In this document: positions 56,655 through 64,000 of the stretch, piece after piece
How positions within the stretch are numbered: position 1 is the stretch's first letter
Layout: each line of letters begins with the position of its first letter
Assembly: GCA_950097015.1 (NCBI GenBank)
Contig: CATNEN010000039.1
Location: 17,856,001-17,920,000, forward strand
Source of the DNA: Macrostomum hystrix
Lineage: Eukaryota; Animalia; Platyhelminthes
Direction: 5' to 3'
Length of the DNA: 64,000 nt
Notes under the pieces: model-generated
The model's database searches: none
Seen by the model: only the letters and a program-made list of their open reading frames with translations
What the model was told of the DNA's origin: nothing
Translations under genes and position numbers: made by a program

Positions 56655-58415
56655 CCCTAATTGTTTAGATAGGTAGCAAATTAACCCTTATTATTGAGAT
56701 AGGTGACTTATTTAGCCCCAATTATTGAGATAGGTAGCTATTTAGCCCCAATTATTGAGATAGGTGACTAATTAGCCCCAATTGTTGAGATAGGTAGCTA
56801 AATACCCCAATTGTTGAAATATGTACAGCTAATTAGCCCTTATTATTGAGATAGGTAGCTAATTAGCCCAATTGTTGAGCTAGGTAGCTAATTAGCCTCA
56901 ATTGTTGAAATAGGTAGCTAATTAGCCCTAATTGTTGAGATAGGTAGCTAATTAGCCCTAATTGTTGAGATAGGTAGCTAATTAGCCTCAATTGTTGAAA
57001 TAGGTAGCTAATTAGCCCTAATTGTTGAGATAGGTAGCTAATTAGCCCCAATTGTTGAGATAGGTAGCTAATTAGCCCTAATTGTTGAGATAGGTGACTT
57101 ATTTAGCCCCAATTATTGAGATAGGTAGCTATTTAGCCCCAATTATTGGGCTAGGTAGCTAATTAGCCCCAATTATTGAGCTAGGTAGCTAATTAGCCCC
57201 AATTATTGAGCTAGGTAGCTAATTAGCCCCAATTATTGAGATAGGTAGCTATTTAGCCCCAATTATTGGGCTAGGTAGCTAATTAGCCCCAATTATTGAG
57301 CTAGGTAGCTAATTAGCCCCAATTATTGAGATAGGTGACTAATTAGCCCCAATTGTTGAGATAGGTAGCTAATTAGCCCTAATTGTTGAGCTAGGTAGCT
57401 AATTAGCCCAATTGTTGAGCTAGGTAGCTAATTAGCTCTAATTGTTGAGATAAATAGCTAATTAGCCTCAATTGTTGAAATAGGTAGCTAATTAGCCCTA
57501 ATTGTTGAGATAGGTAGCTAATTAGCCCCAATTATTGAGATAGGTAGCTATTTAGCCCCAATTATTGGGCTAGGTAGCTAATTAGCCCCAATTATTGAGA
57601 TAGGTGACTAATTAGCCCCAATTGTTGAGATAGGTAGCTAAATACCCCAATTGTTGAAATATGAACAGCTAATTAGCCCTTATTATTGAGATAGGTAGCT
57701 AATTAGCCCAATTGTTGAGCTAGGTAGCTAATTAGCCCTAATTGTTGAGATAAATAGCTAATTAGCCCTTATTATTGAGATAGGTAGCTAATTAGCCCAA
57801 TTGTTGAGCTAGGTAGCTAATTAGCCTCAATTGTTGAAATAGGTAGCTAATTAGCCCTAATTGTTGAGATAGGTAGCTAATTAGCCCTAATTGTTGAGAT
57901 AGGTAGCTAATTAGCCTCAATTGTTGAAATAGGTAGCTAATTAGCCCTAATTGTTGAGATAGGTAGCTAATTAGCCTCAATTGTTGAAATAGGTAGCTAA
58001 TTAGCCCTAATTGTTGAGCTAGGTAGCTAATTAGCCCTAATTGTTGAGATAGGTAGCTAATTAGCCCTAATTGTTGAGATAGGTAGCTAATTAGCCTCAA
58101 TTGTTGAAATAGGTAGCTAATTAGCCCTAATTGTTGAGATAGGTAGCTAATTAGCCTCAATTGTTGAAATAGGTAGCTAATTAGCCCTAATTGTTGAGAT
58201 AGGTAGCTAATTAGCCTCAATTGTTGAAATAGGTAGCTAATTAGCCCTAATTGTTGAGATAGGTAGCTAATTAGCCTCAATTGTTGAAATAGGTAGCTAA
58301 TTAGCCCTAATTGTTGAGATAGGTAGCTAATTGCCCCACTTGTTAAAATAGGTAGCTAATTAGCCCTAATTATTGAAATAGGTAGCTAATTAGCTCCAAT
58401 TATTGAGATATGTGG
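56655..58415. repeat. 30-bp minisatellite between DDX5 and Scm (aattgttgagataggtagctaattagccct)
   Basis: About 58 units containing the palindrome gctaattagc. Confidence 0.95.
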
Positions 58416-58544
58416 ATAATTAAACATAAACATTATTTTCCAAAAAAATTAGACTCACTCACTAATTGCAGCTCAATTGAAAAGACCCAGTCAAATAAAT
58501 CTCCAAACAAAATATTCACGCAAGCAATCAGCTGGGGCAGATAG

Positions 58545-62495
<3,951 letters not shown>

Positions 62496-62510
62496 CTGAG
62501 TAACTGGATA

Positions 62511-63594
62511 ATCTGGATATAGAATCTATAGTGCTGACAAGGGGCATCTGGATATAGAATCTATAGTGCTGACAAGGGATATCTGGATATAGAATCTATA
62601 GTGCTGACAAGGGGCATCTGGATATAGAATCTATAGTGCTGACAAGGGATATCTGGATATAGAATCTATAGTGCTGACAAGGGACATCTGGATATAGAAT
62701 CTATAGTGCTGACAAGGGGCATCTGGATATAGAATCTATAGTGCTGACAAGGGGCATCTGGATATAGAATCTATAGTGCTGACAAGGGGCATCTGGATAT
62801 AGAATCTATAGTGCTGACAAGGGGCATCTGGATATAGAATCTATAGTGCTGACAAGGGATATCTGGATATAGAATCTATAGTGCTGACAAGGGACATCTG
62901 GATATAGAATCTATAGTGCTGACAAGGGGCATCTGGATATAGAATCTATAGTGCTGACAAGGGACATCTGGATATAGAATCTATAGTGCTGACAAGGGGC
63001 ATCTGGATATAGAATCTATAGTGCTGACAAGGGACATCTGGATATAGAATCTATAGTGCTGACAAGGGACATCTGGATATAGAATCTATAGTGCTGACAA
63101 GGGGCATCTGGATATAGAATCTATAGTGCTGACAAGGGACATCTGGATATAGAATCTATAGTGCTGACAGGGGCATCTGGATATAGAATCTATAGTGCTG
63201 ACAAGGGGCATCTGGATATAGAATCTATAGTGCTGACAAGGGATATCTGGATATAGAATCTATAGTGCTGACAAGGGGCATCTGGATATAGAATCTATAG
63301 TGATGACAAGGGGCATCTGGATATAGAATCTATAGTGCTGACAAGGGATATCTGGATATAGAATCTATAGTGCTGACAAGGGGCATCTGGATATAGAATC
63401 TATAGTGATGACAAGGGGCATCTGGATATAGAATCTATAGTGCTGACAAGGGACATCTGGATATAGAATCTATAGTGCTGACAAGGGGCATCTGGATATA
63501 GAATCTATAGTGCTGACAAGGGACATCTGGATATAGAATCTATAGTGCTGACAAGGGGCATCTGGATATAGAATCTATAGTGCTGACAAGGGAC
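62511..63594. repeat. 35-bp minisatellite in the Scm 3' UTR region (atctggatatagaatctatagtgctgacaaggggc)
   Basis: About 31 highly homogeneous units starting 15 nt after the stop codon. Confidence 0.95.
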
Positions 63595-64000
63595 TTAGAG
63601 ATTGGTGACTGGCCAGTTTAGTGTTCATCACTTTTTTCGAACAAATTCTGCAAATTAATTTTTATTGCCTGTGTAATACTTTTTTCTATTTTACAAGTCG
63701 CAACTTGGAATCTCATTCTTGCTATATTTACCTCCCATTAATAGTCCTACAGTTAAGAGTTAATACATTTTACCGGTGCTTTAATAATATATCCTAGAGT
63801 ACGAGTCAATTGAAACCTGTCAATCAGCTGTTTCAGCAGATTATGTACTTTCAGCTTGTTTTGCTACGAATTTCTTTTTGTTTGCTCGGCAGTGCAAAGT
63901 CTGTGTTCTAACTTTTCCTTACAGATTATTATACTTATCATATATGTCTCAGCTCTCAGCCATAATGTACATAATATGAGCCATTTTCGTGTACTTTTAA

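Overview
Eukaryotic (metazoan) genomic DNA with GC-rich exons, AT-rich spacers and a different 8-45 bp minisatellite in most introns. By inference this resembles the flatworm Macrostomum; the sequence alone does not prove it. I reconstructed eight intron-containing genes by hand with phase-consistent GT..AG junctions: the 3' part of an LRR-type gene (+), an AMPA/kainate-type glutamate receptor (-, 12 exons), EIF2B1 (+), an SLC43-family transporter (+), NIF3L1 (+), a PH-PTB Dok7/IRS-like adaptor (-, 8 exons, largely missed by the ORF track), a DDX5/DDX17 helicase (+) and a Polycomb Scm-like gene (+). There are also two tRNA-derived SINE families and two MITE-like elements. Most long ORFs in the track are translations of tandem repeats. 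Main leads: (1) same-family minisatellite arrays in inverted orientation that bracket exons (iGluR exons 4-7, an in-frame 837-nt block; NIF3L1 last exon); (2) a Met-less 41-codon mitochondrial-presequence-like extension of NIF3L1 that begins exactly at a splice acceptor, suggesting an AUG donated by a spliced leader and operon-like gene clusters; (3) an inverted SINE pair in the conserved DBP2/DDX5 motif-V intron.
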